This document shows, one piece after another, positions 1 through 10,875 of a stretch of DNA of 64,000 nucleotides. The stretch's first letter is position 1. Every line of letters begins with the position of its first letter. Origin of the DNA: an uncultured Chloroflexia bacterium (GTDB lineage Bacteria; Chloroflexota; Limnocylindria; Limnocylindrales; CSP1-4); assembly GCA_963720755.1 (NCBI GenBank), contig CAVRGP010000015.1, positions 384,001 to 448,000 on the forward strand, in the 5' to 3' direction. The notes below the pieces were generated by a model. The model did no database searches, was not told the origin of the DNA, and was given only the letters and a program-made list of their open reading frames with translations. Made by a program: the position numbers and the translations under genes.

Positions 1-1
1 A

Positions 2-763
2 CCGCTCGGCCGCGTCCTGGCCTTCTACGGGGCGAAGGGCGGGGTGGGGACCACGACCGTCGCGATCAACGCGGCGATCGCATTGCACCGCGAACTCGGT
101 CGAAAGGTCTGCCTCGTCGACGGCAACCTCCAATTCGGCGATCATCGGGTCTTCCTCGACCTCGGCCTCGACCGCAAGAGTATCGTCGATGTCGTGACCG
201 CTCCGTCGATCGACGTCGATCTGGTCCGGCAGGTCATGGTCAAGCACGATTCCGGCGTCGACCTTCTCCTTGCTCCGCCGTCGCCCGAGACGGCCGAACT
301 CGTGCATCCGGACCATCTGCCCTACATCGCGGAACAGCTTCGCACCCTGTACGACTACACGCTCATCGATATCGACAAGCGCCTCGACGACATCAACCTC
401 GGCGTCTTCGAAGCCGCGGACATCGTCTTCGTCGTGATGACCGCCGACCTGTCGTGCCTGAAGAATGTGCGCCTGATCCTCGAGACGATGGACCACCTCG
501 GCTATCCCCCGAGCAAGGTGGAGCTGGTCCTCAACCGATCGAATGCGTTCACCGGCATCAGCGTCAAGAATGCCGAAGGTGCCCTGAAGCGCACGATCGA
601 GCACCAGATCGTGAATGAGTACCGAGGCGCGATCAGCGCCCTCAACTCGGGCTCGCCGTTCATGTTCACCAAGGCCGATTCATCTCTCGGAGGATCCCTC
701 CTCCAATTCGCCCGAACGGTCGACAAGCCCCAGGCGGCGGCCGTGAGCGTGCCAGCGCGTTAG
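2..763 (+). CDS. cpaE: CpaE/TadZ-like (MinD/ParA superfamily) pilus assembly ATPase, 5' truncated by window edge
   Basis: Frame open from nt 2: RVLAFYGAKGGVGTTT deviant Walker A, VCLVDGNLQFGD, DLLLAPPSPE, LVLNR; typical CpaE C-terminal domain. Confidence 0.8.
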   Translation, partial: PLGRVLAFYGAKGGVGTTTVAINAAIALHRELGRKVCLVDGNLQFGDHRVFLDLGLDRKSIVDVVTAPSIDVDLVRQVMVKHDSGVDLLLAPPSPETAELVHPDHLPYIAEQLRTLYDYTLIDIDKRLDDINLGVFEAADIVFVVMTADLSCLKNVRLILETMDHLGYPPSKVELVLNRSNAFTGISVKNAEGALKRTIEHQIVNEYRGAISALNSGSPFMFTKADSSLGGSLLQFARTVDKPQAAAVSVPAR

Positions 764-799
764 GTCCGGCGACCGCCGGCGGGCGCCGGCAGCGAGCGT

Positions 800-854
800 G
801 GTGATGGCCGGATGATCGCGAGATGACCAGCGGATGACCGCGCGGCCGTAGCCT
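800..854 (+). promoter_or_regulatory. comM promoter: four 11-bp-phased GaTGAyc repeats plus -10 box TAGCCT
   Basis: GGTGATG 800, GATGATC 811, GATGACC 822, GATGACC 833; TAGCCT 849-854 lies 6 nt before GTG 861. Confidence 0.5.
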
Positions 855-860
855 GCGGTC

Positions 861-2438
861 GTGTTGGCCATCGTCGCGTCCGCAACCCTCGATGGCCTTG
901 CCGGGCGCTTCATCCGGGTCGAGGTGGACGTGGCATCGGGCCTTCCCGGGTTCACCGTCGTCGGCCTCGCTGACACCGCACTCCAGGAGGCCCGCGAACG
1001 CGTCCGGGGAGCGTTGCGGAATTCAGGCTTCGTGCATCCGCCGAGGCGGATCACGGTGAATTTGGCGCCGGCCGATCTGCGCAAGGCGGGCGCGTCGCTC
1101 GACCTGGCCATCGCCATCGGTATCCTGCTCGGTTCCGAGCAGATCCTGGCCGGCAGGGAGGCTGTCGGTCTGGTCGGTGAGCTGTCACTCGGCGGCGAGG
1201 TCAGGTCCGTTCCCGGGATCCTCCCGATGGTCGCGGCCATGTCGCGTCGCGGGGTTCGACACGTCGTGGTCGCACGCGACGCTGCAGAGGAGGCGCGACT
1301 CGTGGACGGACTCCTCGTGACCGGGGTCGAGTCGCTCGGCGAGGTGGTCAGGGTCGTTCGTTCCGCGTCCAGTCGGCGCCTCGTGGCCTCATCCCCACGG
1401 ATCGAACTGGGACGAGCGGCTGGCTCCGGACCGGCCACCGGAGCCGGAGACGTACCGTCGTCCGACGGTGCGACGTTCCCGGATCTGTCCGAGGTTCGCG
1501 GGCAGTTCGAGGCAAGGCGCGGGTTGGAGATCGCGCTGGCGGGCGGTCACGGTCTGTTGCTCATCGGCCCACCGGGTTCTGGCAAGACGCTATTGGCGAG
1601 GACGATCCCCGGGCTTCTTCCGCCGCTCGACGACAGGTCGGCGCTGGCGGCGACGATCGTCGCCTCGGCAGCCGGAACGGGTCCGATCCGGGAGCTGCGC
1701 CGCAGTCCGCCGTTCCGGACACCTCACCACACGCTGTCCTATGCGGCCATGGTCGGTGGTGGGCCGCGGCTGGCACCGGGGGAGGTCACGCTGGCCCACG
1801 AAGGCGTCCTCTTCCTCGATGAGTTGCCCGAGTTCGACCGGGACGTCCTGGAGGCGCTTCGGCAACCCCTCGAGGAGGGTCGGATCACGATCTCCAGGGT
1901 CGGGCGAGCGACGACCTTCCCGGCCCGGTTCCAACTGGTCGCCGCGATGAACCCGTGCCCGTGTGGGTTCGCCGGGTCGAGCGATCGCCCGTGTCTCTGC
2001 CCTCCGCTCCTCCCCGAGCGGTACCAGCGTCGGATCTCCGGACCACTCCGGGATCGGATCGATCTCTGGCTGGCGATGCCGCGGGTCGCTCCCCGGGCCC
2101 TGATCAGCGGGCCCGAACCCGAGGATTCGACGACCGTCGGCCAGCGGATCCGGGCCGCCCAGGATCTCGGTCGACGTCGATCCCAGGGCGTCCCGAACGG
2201 GCGATTGCGCGGTCGACGCCTGCGTGAAGCGTGTGCCCTGCGGGGGGCTGACGAGCGACACATCGTCCGTCTCGCCGACATCGAATTGGCCACGGGCCGG
2301 GGGACCGAGCGATTGCTCCGGGTCGCGCGAACCATCGCCGATCTCGCTGGCTCGGCTCACGTGGCGACCGAACACCTCGATGAGGCCGCGCGATACCGAC
2401 CGGCTCAGGCTCGGTCGGACATGATCCAGGCGTACTGA
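861..2438 (+). CDS. comM: ComM/YifB Mg-chelatase-like AAA+ ATPase
   Basis: GLPGFTVVGL, RITVNLAPADLRK, GPPGSGKT, PFRTPHHT, LFLDELPEF, AAMNPCPCG. Confidence 0.95.
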   Translation: MLAIVASATLDGLAGRFIRVEVDVASGLPGFTVVGLADTALQEARERVRGALRNSGFVHPPRRITVNLAPADLRKAGASLDLAIAIGILLGSEQILAGREAVGLVGELSLGGEVRSVPGILPMVAAMSRRGVRHVVVARDAAEEARLVDGLLVTGVESLGEVVRVVRSASSRRLVASSPRIELGRAAGSGPATGAGDVPSSDGATFPDLSEVRGQFEARRGLEIALAGGHGLLLIGPPGSGKTLLARTIPGLLPPLDDRSALAATIVASAAGTGPIRELRRSPPFRTPHHTLSYAAMVGGGPRLAPGEVTLAHEGVLFLDELPEFDRDVLEALRQPLEEGRITISRVGRATTFPARFQLVAAMNPCPCGFAGSSDRPCLCPPLLPERYQRRISGPLRDRIDLWLAMPRVAPRALISGPEPEDSTTVGQRIRAAQDLGRRRSQGVPNGRLRGRRLREACALRGADERHIVRLADIELATGRGTERLLRVARTIADLAGSAHVATEHLDEAARYRPAQARSDMIQAY

Positions 2439-2439
2439 C

Positions 2440-3675
2440 GTGTCCGCTGCGCAGCCGCGACCGACGCCCGAGGAACGGGACGCGTGGACCGTGCTCGCCG
2501 GCGTGCATGGACTGGGTCCGGTGGGGTTCGGCGTCTTGTTGCGTCGCTACGGGAGCGGAGCGGCCATCCTCCGAGAAGCGGCGTCGCCCGGTGGCGTGGA
2601 ACGCCTGGCAGAGGGCGGAGGTCACGAGTGGACCGATGACCCGCTCCGGCGCGGCCCGAGCCATGCTGTCGCCGCGGCCATCGCGGCCGCAGCCGAAGGT
2701 GGGACCGCCACCATCGAGCGGATCCGCGCGCTCGGCCTGATCGTGCTGACGGCGGATGATCCGCGCTACCCGGCGCGACTGACCCAGATCGACATGCCGC
2801 CGCACGTGTTGTACATCCTGGGAGATCCAGTCGCCCTGGACCGGACTGCTGCCGTGGCGATCGTCGGGACGCGTCGCGCGACGGACCAGGGACGGGCGAC
2901 CGCCTCGCGCCTGGCGGCGAACCTCGTCGCCGTCGGGGCCGCCGTGGTCTCCGGACTCGCCGTCGGTATCGACGGGGCCGCCCACGCGGCGACCATCCAT
3001 GCCGGTGGCACGACCGTGGCGGTCATCGGTTCCGGGCATGCCCGCCTCCATCCTCGAGCGCATGCTCGGTTGGCGAATATCGTCGTGGACTCGGGCGGTG
3101 CCGTGGTGTCTGAGCTCGGCCCCGATACGGATCCGAGCCGAGGCACGTTCCCGCGCCGGAACCGGATCATCAGCGGGCTCGCGGATGCGACCGTCGTGGT
3201 GGAGGCCCCAGCCAGGAGTGGGGCACTGATCACCGCGTCGTGGGCACTCGAGCAGGGCCGTGAATGCTTCCTCGTGCCGGGCGCCATCGACGCGCCGGCG
3301 TCTGCTGGATGCCTGGCCTTCCTGCGCGAATTCCCCGATCGGGCTCGCATCGTGGCCGGGATCCCGCAATTGATCGACGATCTCGGGCTTGCCGACCACC
3401 TGACCCAGCCCGGCGTGGCGAGCGATGTCGCGGCTACCCTCTCGGGCGTTGGCGAGGCTGCGGCCCGCCTTGGCCGCGAGATCGTGCTCGGTCGCGCGAC
3501 GGTCGATGAGCTGGTGGCGGCGACCGGATGGCCGGTCGCGACGGTGCTGGCGGCGCTGACGATCCTCGAGTTCCGGGGCCTGGTCGTCGGTGTCCACGGA
3601 CGATTCCGGGCATCCGGGTCCCTCGCCGCGGCGGATCCCGTTCAGGCGCGGCAACGTCCGCGCGTGGTCGCGTGA
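2440..3675 (+). CDS. dprA: DNA-processing protein DprA
   Basis: VAIVGTR, VVSGLAVGIDGAAH, FPRRNRIISGL, VEAPARSGALITA; C-terminal winged helix; follows comM. Confidence 0.95.
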   Translation: MSAAQPRPTPEERDAWTVLAGVHGLGPVGFGVLLRRYGSGAAILREAASPGGVERLAEGGGHEWTDDPLRRGPSHAVAAAIAAAAEGGTATIERIRALGLIVLTADDPRYPARLTQIDMPPHVLYILGDPVALDRTAAVAIVGTRRATDQGRATASRLAANLVAVGAAVVSGLAVGIDGAAHAATIHAGGTTVAVIGSGHARLHPRAHARLANIVVDSGGAVVSELGPDTDPSRGTFPRRNRIISGLADATVVVEAPARSGALITASWALEQGRECFLVPGAIDAPASAGCLAFLREFPDRARIVAGIPQLIDDLGLADHLTQPGVASDVAATLSGVGEAAARLGREIVLGRATVDELVAATGWPVATVLAALTILEFRGLVVGVHGRFRASGSLAAADPVQARQRPRVVA

Positions 3676-3816
3676 AGCGGATGGCCGCTCCGCGGGACCG
3701 ACGGGGGATCGCGTCGTTTGCCCGGTCAGCGGACCGATGCTACGCTCGCACCGGTCACTCCCCAAGGTGATCACCGACCCGCCTGCCTTCCCCAGGCCCC
3801 CGAGCAGGAGTGTCTA

Positions 3817-5451
3817 TTGCGTCAGGCCGCAGCGACATTGCTGGCCGTCCCGATCCTGATCGTGGTCTATCTCGGCGTCATCACCCGCCGGTCGATCCTC
3901 ACACGGTCGGGTCTCGTCGTCGCCCTCGCCGTCGTTCTCGGCGTCGGCGTGATCGGTGCCGGGCGACCGGACACGACGGCTGCCACGGGTCCGACGCCGA
4001 TCCTGCCGCTGACCCAGGCTGCCTTCACCACGACGTTCCAGACGAATCGGTCGTTGACCGATCCGATGACGATCGGGTTCAACGCGCCGATGGATGCCAC
4101 CTCCGTCGCAGCCTCGATCGAGGTCGACCCCTCCGTCGCGGTCGACCTGTCGTGGGACGCCGGCGGAACAGTGCTGACGATCGAACCCCGCGAGCATTGG
4201 CCGGCGAGTTCGCTCCAGACGGTCACGGTCGAGCCGGGTGCTCTGGCGAGGTCCGGTCAACCGCTGATGCGGCCGATCCGGGCAGCGTTCCTGACTCGCA
4301 CCGCCACCACCGGGACGATCGCGGCGGCTGAGCGGATCGGCAAACGAGTCGCCACGACCAGTTCATTCGTCGTGTCGTTCGTTCGGCCGGTCGATCCCGT
4401 GTCGGTGGCGTCATCGATCCGGTTGGACCCGCCGGTGGTCGGGACGGTCCAGACCGAGGATGGCGCCGATGGCGCGACTCGCTACGTCTTCGTACCAGCG
4501 GTACCACTGGAGCCCGGCATCGGATACACGGTCATCGTGTCCGGGGTTCGCGATTCGGAAGGCGTCCCGCTCGAGACCCTTCGGCTGGCGGTCCAGACGG
4601 TCGATGCCCCAGCGATCGTCCGCTTCCGGCCCAGAGTCGATGCGACCGCCATCGATCGAGCGAGCGCGTTGTCGGTCCGCTTCACGCTGCCCATGGACCG
4701 ACGCAGCACCGCCCGGTCGTTCACGGCATCGGCAAACGGCAAGCCGTTGACGGGCAAGGTCACCTGGGCAGAACGTGACACGGTGCTGGTGTTCACACCA
4801 GACGCTCTGCTCCCGTACGGCACGGCGGTGACGATGCAGGTGTCGTCGTCCGCGAAGAGTGCCGGCGGCGTCGGCCTCGTCAAGGGTCGCCAGGTCGGTT
4901 TCACGACGGCCAAGCGTCCGGCGGCACCGCCCCGAACGCCGCCCGCCCCGCCGCCGCCAAAGTCAGGAGGCAGTTCCGGCGGCGGCAATTCCGGAGGCGG
5001 CAGCTGGGCATCCGTGGAGACGTACTACCTCGGCCTGATGAATTGCACGAGGACCGGCGGCTGGGTGACCTCCACCGGCGCGTGCAGTAGTCCGGGCGGG
5101 CGCAACGTCGCGCCACTCAAGCTGGACAGCGGGATCAGCCGGAACGTCAGCCGTCCGTATGCCAAGCGTCTGGCCATGAACAACCAGTGCGATCACTTCA
5201 TCGGCGGCACGCCAGGAGACCGTCTGAAGCGGGCCGGGTACGCGAACTATCGATGGGCGGAGAACCTCGGCTGCCGGTCCGGCGCCGCGAAGGCCGCCGT
5301 GCTGGCCTCGCATCTCTTTTTCCAGAGCGAGAAGTCGTACGGTGGCGGGCACTACGTGAACATGATGAACGCTGCCTATGACCGTGTCGGGATCGGCGTC
5401 TGGGTGTCGGGAGGACGGGTCCGCCTGGTGATCGACTTCTACCACCCCTGA
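3817..5451 (+). CDS. Membrane-anchored protein with about 3 Ig-like (Big_5/SbsA-type) domains and a C-terminal CAP/SCP domain
   Basis: AGGAG before TTG 3817; two N-terminal hydrophobic segments; repeated FxxPMD motifs; Pro/Gly linker; CAP motifs AENLG, GHYVNMM, RVGIGV. Confidence 0.75.
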   Translation: MRQAAATLLAVPILIVVYLGVITRRSILTRSGLVVALAVVLGVGVIGAGRPDTTAATGPTPILPLTQAAFTTTFQTNRSLTDPMTIGFNAPMDATSVAASIEVDPSVAVDLSWDAGGTVLTIEPREHWPASSLQTVTVEPGALARSGQPLMRPIRAAFLTRTATTGTIAAAERIGKRVATTSSFVVSFVRPVDPVSVASSIRLDPPVVGTVQTEDGADGATRYVFVPAVPLEPGIGYTVIVSGVRDSEGVPLETLRLAVQTVDAPAIVRFRPRVDATAIDRASALSVRFTLPMDRRSTARSFTASANGKPLTGKVTWAERDTVLVFTPDALLPYGTAVTMQVSSSAKSAGGVGLVKGRQVGFTTAKRPAAPPRTPPAPPPPKSGGSSGGGNSGGGSWASVETYYLGLMNCTRTGGWVTSTGACSSPGGRNVAPLKLDSGISRNVSRPYAKRLAMNNQCDHFIGGTPGDRLKRAGYANYRWAENLGCRSGAAKAAVLASHLFFQSEKSYGGGHYVNMMNAAYDRVGIGVWVSGGRVRLVIDFYHP

Positions 5452-5503
5452 CCGGACCATCGGCGTAGTGACGCCGGGTGGTGGCGGGTGCGAGGATCGG
5501 CCC

Positions 5504-5839
5504 GTGATCCGAAACGTCGTCCTGCACCTCAACGGCGAGCAGCCCCTGCTCGCCGATCTGTACGAAGCACCGTCGCCGGGCGACGTCGGCTTGCGCTGCA
5601 CGAATCTCCGATCGATGAACGGCAAGCGGCCGGTCTTCGTCGATGACAGCAAGTCGATCTTCTTCTTCCCGTACCTGCACATGCGCTTTGTCGAGATCCC
5701 GCCTGGGGCGATCTCCGGCAGCGATGCGGCGATAGCCGTGAGCGACGACGTCGACGAGCGGACCGCCGAAGGTCCGCCCGAGCCCGAACCCGAGCTCGAG
5801 ATCGACGAGGATTTCCTCCGGCGGATCCGCGAGGTCTGA
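5504..5839 (+). CDS. Hypothetical protein (small beta-rich domain, acidic linker, C-terminal helix)
   Basis: Good high-GC codon pattern; fills the gap before topA; GTG 5504 preferred over 5468. Confidence 0.7.
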   Translation: MIRNVVLHLNGEQPLLADLYEAPSPGDVGLRCTNLRSMNGKRPVFVDDSKSIFFFPYLHMRFVEIPPGAISGSDAAIAVSDDVDERTAEGPPEPEPELEIDEDFLRRIREV

Positions 5840-5885
5840 GCAGGCCCGACCGGTCGGTTGAGGACCCGGTGCTACACTCCGCGCC

Positions 5886-8330
5886 GTGTCCAAGAACCTC
5901 GTCATCGTCGAATCGCCTGCAAAGGCGCGAACCATCGAACGCTACCTGGGCGCGGATTACCGCGTCCTGGCGTCGTACGGCCACGTCCGGGACCTGCCGG
6001 AGAACCCTGGCAAGGGCAAGTTCGGTGTCGATGTCGATCACGACTTCGCACCGGAGTACGTGATCTCCGAGGATCGTCGCAAGCAGGTCGCTGACATCAC
6101 CAAGGCGGCGAAGTCGGCGGACATGGTCTTCCTCGCCACCGACCTCGATCGGGAAGGCGAAGCGATCGCCTGGCACGTCGCCGAGGCCGCCCACGTTCCC
6201 GATGAGCGGACGCGCCGGGTCACGTTCTCCGAGATCACCAAATCGGCGATCCGCGAGGCGTTCGCCAACCCTCGGTCGATCGACCAGAACCTCGTCGATG
6301 CCCAGCAGACGCGCCGGATCGTCGATCGGCTGGTCGGGTACACGCTCAGCCCGCTGCTCGGCAAGAAGGTCCAGCGGGGCCTCTCGGCCGGACGCGTCCA
6401 GTCGGTCGCCGTCCGGCTGGTGGTCGAGCGTGAACGCGCCATCCGCGCGTTCACCGCTCGCGAGTACTGGACCATCCTGGCATCCCTCGAAACGGCGGCC
6501 GGCGAAGCGTTCCTCGCCGACCTCGTGCGGATCGACGGCGCCGCCCCGGACATCCCCGACGAGACGGCCGCGGCAACCCACGTTGCGGCGATCCGCGAGC
6601 TCAAGCCGATCGTCACCAAGCTGGGTCGAAAGACACAGAAGCGGTCCCCGGCCGCCCCGTTCACCACGTCAACCCTCCAACAGGAGGCCAGTCGCCGCCT
6701 CGGGTTCAGCCCGAAGCGAACGATGTCCGTCGCCCAACGCCTGTACGAGGGCGCCGATACGCCCGACGGTCATGTCGGCCTCATCACCTACATGCGGACG
6801 GATTCGACCGCCTTGGCTGGTGTGGCGATGGGGGAGGCCCGCGAGGTCATCGGCGAGCGCTACGGCGAGCGCTACACGATGCCGAAGGGCCGGGTCTACA
6901 AGACGAAGGCAAAGGGAGCACAGGAGGCGCACGAATCGGTCCGTCCCACCAGCTTCCGACGCGATCCCGAGACGATGGCCTCCTTCCTCAAGCCGGACGA
7001 AGCGCGCCTGTACCGACTCATCTGGCAGCGCGCACTCGCATCGCAGATGGCCCCCAAGGACCTTGAGACGACGACCATCGAACTGGCTGACGGCCGCTAC
7101 GAGTTGCGTGCGTCCGCGACCAAGGTCCTGTTCGACGGCTTTTCGATCGTCTACACCGAAGGTCGCGATGATGCGGCCGCCGATGACGACGATGAGGCGG
7201 GTGGCCGCCTGCCGGCCCTGGTGGAGGGAGCGGGCACGACCGTGGCCGCAGTCGAACCGACGCAGCATTTCACCGAGCCGCCGCCGCGATTCACGGAGGC
7301 GACGCTGATCAAGGCGCTCGAGGAACACGGGATCGGCCGGCCCTCCACCTACGCAGCCACGATCTCCACGATCACGGATCGGGGCTACGTTCGGGTCGAA
7401 GACCGGCGCCTCCACCCGGAGCCGGTCGCGGAGGTCGTGACGGACCTCCTCGTCAAGCACTTCGGCGACTACGTCGATGTGGCATTCACGGCGCGGATGG
7501 AGCAGGAACTCGACGAGGTCGCGGACGGCGAGCGCGAATGGGTGCCGCTCCTTCGGGCGTTCTACGGGCCGCTGCGTGACCGGGTCGCCGACAAGGACGT
7601 GGAGATCGGCAACGACGAGTACAAGACCCAACCGACCGATGAAGTCTGCTCGCTGGGCCATCCGATGGTCATCCGTCTCGGCCGGAACGGCCGCTTCCTG
7701 GCCTGCTCCCTCTACCCGGAACACAAGGAAAGTCGTCCGCTCCCGGGCGATGAGCCGCCGGAGCAGGAGGGGACCGGCGAGGTCTGCCCGAAGTGCGGCG
7801 AGGGGACACTCGTCGGCAAGCGCGGCCGGTTCGGTCCGTTCGTCGGCTGCTCCCGCTACCCGGCCTGCGACTACATCAAGAAGGACGGTCCGCCGCCGCC
7901 AGATCCGCTGCCGTTCGAGGTCGGCTGCCCCAAGAACCACGACGGCCATCTCGTCCCACGTCGGGCTCGCCGGACCGGCAACGTGTTCTGGGGTTGCTCG
8001 AATTACCCCAAGTGCGATTTCACCACGAACCAGGAGCCGCTCGGGGGCGTCCACGATGCCGATGACGGCCCGCTCGCGCGCAAGGATGAGACGGCCATCT
8101 GCCTCGTCTGTGGATCGACCAGCGATACGGCCCCGGCGGACATCGTGCCCGGTCAGCCCCACGCGGGCGGACCGGCCAACCCGGAGGCGCTGGCGCGTCC
8201 GGCTCGGGCGCGAGGCGGCGGCCGTGCCACGGGGACGACGAAGTCCGGAGGCCGAGCTCGTGGCGGCCGCACGGGCGGTCGCAGCGCGACGAAGCGCCCA
8301 CGCCCGGTCGAGCCGGCCCCGGACGCGTGA
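5886..8330 (+). CDS. topA: DNA topoisomerase I with C-terminal zinc ribbons
   Basis: [42 protein letters not shown]; CxxC/GCSxYPxC ribbons; TACACT 7 nt upstream. Confidence 0.97.
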   Translation: MSKNLVIVESPAKARTIERYLGADYRVLASYGHVRDLPENPGKGKFGVDVDHDFAPEYVISEDRRKQVADITKAAKSADMVFLATDLDREGEAIAWHVAEAAHVPDERTRRVTFSEITKSAIREAFANPRSIDQNLVDAQQTRRIVDRLVGYTLSPLLGKKVQRGLSAGRVQSVAVRLVVERERAIRAFTAREYWTILASLETAAGEAFLADLVRIDGAAPDIPDETAAATHVAAIRELKPIVTKLGRKTQKRSPAAPFTTSTLQQEASRRLGFSPKRTMSVAQRLYEGADTPDGHVGLITYMRTDSTALAGVAMGEAREVIGERYGERYTMPKGRVYKTKAKGAQEAHESVRPTSFRRDPETMASFLKPDEARLYRLIWQRALASQMAPKDLETTTIELADGRYELRASATKVLFDGFSIVYTEGRDDAAADDDDEAGGRLPALVEGAGTTVAAVEPTQHFTEPPPRFTEATLIKALEEHGIGRPSTYAATISTITDRGYVRVEDRRLHPEPVAEVVTDLLVKHFGDYVDVAFTARMEQELDEVADGEREWVPLLRAFYGPLRDRVADKDVEIGNDEYKTQPTDEVCSLGHPMVIRLGRNGRFLACSLYPEHKESRPLPGDEPPEQEGTGEVCPKCGEGTLVGKRGRFGPFVGCSRYPACDYIKKDGPPPPDPLPFEVGCPKNHDGHLVPRRARRTGNVFWGCSNYPKCDFTTNQEPLGGVHDADDGPLARKDETAICLVCGSTSDTAPADIVPGQPHAGGPANPEALARPARARGGGRATGTTKSGGRARGGRTGGRSATKRPRPVEPAPDA

Positions 8331-9310
8331 GCGTGGCGCCGACCGGCGGGACGGCGGACACGGTCCTGGGGCCGTTCCTCAGGTCGCTGGCGGCACGCGA
8401 TGTCTCGCCCCACACTCGACGCGCGTATTCGACCGCCGTCGGTTCCTACCTCGGCTGGCTTGCCGAGCGCGGCATCGACTGGCGACGGCCGACACGGCCC
8501 GACTTGCGCGCCTACCTCGCGGTCCTCGGTGACGGCCATGCCCGATCCTCGGTCGCCCAGCGATTGGCCGCGATCCGTGCCTTCCACCGATGGGCGACAA
8601 GGAACGACCTCGCCGCAGGCGATCCCTGGGGGTCGATCGCGACGCCTCGCCTGCCCCGTCGTCTGCCCCGGGTCCTCGAGGTCGAGCAGGTCGGTCGGAT
8701 CCTCGACGTGGTGGAGGCCGACCTCGCCGGAGCCGCCGCGGACGACCGGCACCGGGCGGCGGTCCACGTGGCACTCGCCCTGCGCGATCGGGCACTCGTC
8801 GAGACGGCCTACGCGGCGGGCCTGCGGATCAGCGAGCTGGCGGCGGCCGACCTCGCCTCGCTCGGCCTGCGGCGCGGTGAGATCCGGGTCATGGGCAAGG
8901 GTCGGAAGGAACGGATCGGGCTGCTCGGTCGTCCAGCACGTGCCGCACTCGCCGCATATCTCGAGGACGGCCGGCCCGTCCTCGTCGCCCGCGGTCCGCA
9001 TTCCGATGACCCGCCCGTCGAGATCTTCCTGAACCACCTGGGCGGGCCGCTCGGAGTCCGCGGGCTGCGCTACCGACTCGATCGGTTGTGCGCCCGGGCC
9101 GGTCTGCCGACCGGGGTGTCGCCGCACACGCTCCGTCATTCGTTCGCGACCCATCTGCTCGACGGCGGCGCCGACCTGCGGGTCGTCCAGGAACTGCTCG
9201 GCCACGAGAACCTGGCGACGACCCAGATCTACACACACGTTTCGCCTGGGCGGCTGCAGGCCGTCTATCGGGAGGCTCATCCGCGGGCGCGTCGCGCCCC
9301 GACACCGTGA
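8327..9310 (+). CDS. xerC: Tyrosine recombinase XerC-like
   Basis: [36 protein letters not shown]; dprA-topA-xerC synteny; GTGA overlap with topA. Confidence 0.85.
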   Translation: MSVAPTGGTADTVLGPFLRSLAARDVSPHTRRAYSTAVGSYLGWLAERGIDWRRPTRPDLRAYLAVLGDGHARSSVAQRLAAIRAFHRWATRNDLAAGDPWGSIATPRLPRRLPRVLEVEQVGRILDVVEADLAGAAADDRHRAAVHVALALRDRALVETAYAAGLRISELAAADLASLGLRRGEIRVMGKGRKERIGLLGRPARAALAAYLEDGRPVLVARGPHSDDPPVEIFLNHLGGPLGVRGLRYRLDRLCARAGLPTGVSPHTLRHSFATHLLDGGADLRVVQELLGHENLATTQIYTHVSPGRLQAVYREAHPRARRAPTP

Positions 9311-10875
9311 GCGCGGCCAGTTCGCTGGCGCGCGCCGGGGTCATCGTCTCGAGCGCGTTCCTGGTCTCGCGCGTCCTGGGGTACGTCCGTGTCGTCGTCA
9401 TCGCCAATGCCTTCCCGGCGACCGAGCTCGACGCCTTCTTCGCCGCCTTCCGGATCCCCGACCTGATCTTCCAGCTGGTGGCGGCCGGGGCGCTGTCGTC
9501 CGCGCTCATCCCGATCGTGTCGAGCCTGTTCACGACGGGCGAACACGCTCGTGCCTGGCGGGTCGTGTCGACAGTCATCAACCTCATGCTCGGCGGCCTG
9601 GTCGTCCTGACCGTCGCGTTGTTCATCCTCGCGCCGGTCGTCGTTCCGATCATCACGCCCGGGTTCGAGGGCGCCAAGCTCGATCGGACGATCGAGCTGA
9701 CCCGGATCATGCTGCTCAGCCCGATCTTCCTCGCCATGGGCGCGGTCGCCACAAGTGTCCTGAACGCTGGCGGGCGGTTCGCGGCGTCTGCGGTGGCGCC
9801 CATCGTCTACAACCTCGCGATCATCGGGGGCGCCCTCATCCTGGGGCCGAGCCTCGGGATCCAGGGCCTGGCGCTGAGCGTCGTGGCCGGGTCGCTCGGG
9901 CACCTCCTCGTGCAGCTCCGACCGGTCGTCCGGCTCGGGTTTCGCTACGAACCGAGGATCGATCTCGCGGATCGACAGGCCGGCAAGGCATTGACCCTGA
10001 TGGCGCCACGGGCGATCGGCCTCGGCGTGACCCAGATCACGTTCATCGTCGTGACCGCGCTGGCGAGCCTGCTCGGGACCGGCGCTGTGGCCGACTTCAA
10101 CTTCGCGTTCGCGTTGCTCCAGATCCCGCTGGGGATCATCGGCGTGCCACTGGGGATCGTCCTGCTACCGACGCTCTCGCGCGACGCCGCGATCGGCCAT
10201 GAGGTGGCATTCGCCTCCCTGCTCACCCGCGGCCTGCGTCTGCTCATCTACGTGATGATCCCGATCTCGGTCCTGATGGCCATCGTCCGGCAGCCGGTCG
10301 TCGACCTCCTGTTCGGCGGCGGCAGCATCCTTCGAAGCGACCTCGACCTCATCGCCCTCACCCTCGTCGGGTTCGTGATCGGGCTGACCGCTCATGCCAT
10401 GATCGCGGTGCTGGCCCGCGCCTTCTACGCCCGCCAGGACACGGCCACGCCGGTGGCTGCGGCGATCGGGGCCGTCGTGGTCAACACCACCCTCGCGGTG
10501 ATCCTGGTCGGCCCCCTCGGACTGCCCGGGATCGCCCTCGCGATCGCTCTGGCGGCCTGGCTGGAAGCGCTGGTCCTGCTGGCGATCCTCGAGCGACGGC
10601 TGGTCGACCTTGCTCTGACCGGGCTGGCCAGGGTCGGTCTCGAAGCCATCGTCGGGAGCCTGATCGCCGGCGTGGCTGGCATCTTCGTGCTGGACCGGGT
10701 AGCCGCGGCCCTTGGGTCGGACGCGGGTCGGTTGGTCCAGGTCGTTCCGATCGCCCTCGTGAGCCTGGCCTTCGGGGTCGTCTATGGCGTCGCGTCGGTC
10801 GCCTTGCGGATCCCCGAACTGCCGTCTATCGTCGCGATCATGGGTGACCTGCTCCGCCGCCCGAGCCGTTCGTGA
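9307..10875 (+). CDS. murJ: Lipid II flippase MurJ
   Basis: [28 protein letters not shown]; many TM helices; GTGA overlap with xerC stop gives the start. Confidence 0.93.
   Translation: MSAASSLARAGVIVSSAFLVSRVLGYVRVVVIANAFPATELDAFFAAFRIPDLIFQLVAAGALSSALIPIVSSLFTTGEHARAWRVVSTVINLMLGGLVVLTVALFILAPVVVPIITPGFEGAKLDRTIELTRIMLLSPIFLAMGAVATSVLNAGGRFAASAVAPIVYNLAIIGGALILGPSLGIQGLALSVVAGSLGHLLVQLRPVVRLGFRYEPRIDLADRQAGKALTLMAPRAIGLGVTQITFIVVTALASLLGTGAVADFNFAFALLQIPLGIIGVPLGIVLLPTLSRDAAIGHEVAFASLLTRGLRLLIYVMIPISVLMAIVRQPVVDLLFGGGSILRSDLDLIALTLVGFVIGLTAHAMIAVLARAFYARQDTATPVAAAIGAVVVNTTLAVILVGPLGLPGIALAIALAAWLEALVLLAILERRLVDLALTGLARVGLEAIVGSLIAGVAGIFVLDRVAAALGSDAGRLVQVVPIALVSLAFGVVYGVASVALRIPELPSIVAIMGDLLRRPSRS

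Noticed and set aside
8327-9310. Tyrosine recombinases (also 46598-47542) as mobile-element integrases
   Set aside because: Size, motifs and context (topA, recN/scpAB) fit chromosomal XerC/XerD; no att sites or cargo; no dif site recognised
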